Shown piece after piece: positions 51,361 to 51,583 of a DNA stretch of 51,583 bases. The first letter of the stretch is position 1; every line of letters starts with the position of its first letter. The notes beneath the pieces are model-generated. The model made no database searches and was not told where the DNA came from. It saw only the letters and a program-made list of their open reading frames with translations. This DNA comes from an uncultured Candidatus Saccharibacteria bacterium (GTDB lineage Bacteria; Patescibacteriota; Minisyncoccia; Phycocordibacterales; UBA918), in NCBI GenBank assembly GCA_964521645.1, contig CAZFSB010000001.1:17712-69294 (forward strand), read 5' to 3'. Both the position numbers and the translations under genes were made by a program.

Positions 51361-51583
51361 AGATAATGCGTTAATACCTAGTTTGTATCAAAGATGTATC
51401 ACTCTGACAATAATTTAGTGTGTATCAGTTTTACCTCCCGCTGCGGGTCGTTTTTATAGTTTCGACCCGACATGCTGGGGGGTAGTTTACTAGCTGTCGC
51501 GTCCAATCGCAAGTGAGTACTTGCGACTGGAACCGCCCCGATTATAGTTTAAGCGGCGCCCTACCAAAAACAACCAAAATAAC

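Noticed and set aside
51026-51418. A 130-aa Ser-rich ORF on the + strand.
   Set aside because: It is the antisense shadow of the GAA/GAT-rich acidic-protein gene, and it overlaps the tyrS stop and the terminator.
51444-51548. The minus-strand sequence beginning GGGGCGGTTCCAG was considered as a tmRNA 5' end or a tRNA.
   Set aside because: There is no TTCGA T-loop and no tRNA-like acceptor/T-arm. A full-length tmRNA would have to run through the low-complexity acidic ORF.
1-51583. A scan for CRISPR arrays, rRNA genes, IS or transposase genes and prophage modules.
   Set aside because: There are no regularly spaced direct repeats, no rRNA-like conserved blocks and no transposase-like or phage-structural-like ORFs. 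The only recombinase is an ordinary Xer-type enzyme.

Overview
This is a gene-dense chromosomal window from a small-genome bacterium, with about 45 CDS, one tRNA, and short spacers mostly closed by GC-rich tetraloop terminators. It spans the replication-origin neighbourhood (yidC-rnpA-rpmH divergent from dnaA-dnaN-DUF721). Housekeeping genes include rpsO, pnp, uvrD/pcrA, rsmA, comM/yifB, tyrS, a class A PBP, a Xer-type recombinase, a cold-shock protein, a LysM-M23 peptidase and an OmpR/HisKA pair. The gene style suggests a Patescibacteria/CPR-like lineage: a T4SS-pilin-type cluster, many orphan membrane or secreted proteins, almost no Shine-Dalgarno motifs, and -10 boxes abutting start codons. 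That lineage call is inference only. Main items: (1) Two homologous ~175-nt structured elements lie in opposite orientation at 18576-18750 and 29726-29900. They share identical loop/junction blocks, while all four helices differ in sequence but still pair, and I cannot assign them to a known RNA family. (2) An ~12-kb, 11-gene same-strand cluster (30869-42732) sits 1.6 kb from dnaA. It encodes a minimal type IV secretion-like apparatus: a VirB6/TrbL-like protein, a PrgI/VirB3-like protein, a VirB4 split in-frame by TAA-TAA, a VirB2/TrbC-like pilin with a Cys-rich tail, and six orphan membrane/secreted proteins. There is no relaxase, coupling protein, VirB11 or integrase in the window. (3) A tandem M14 peptidase pair in which the first copy has lost the catalytic residues. 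(4) Two divergent His-rich polytopic membrane paralogs with an invariant 18-residue C-terminus. (5) A membrane-anchored ClpC-like ATPase with a degenerate first nucleotide-binding domain. (6) A tRNA-Leu whose 3' end is repeated 151 nt downstream. No rRNA, CRISPR array, IS element or prophage was seen.
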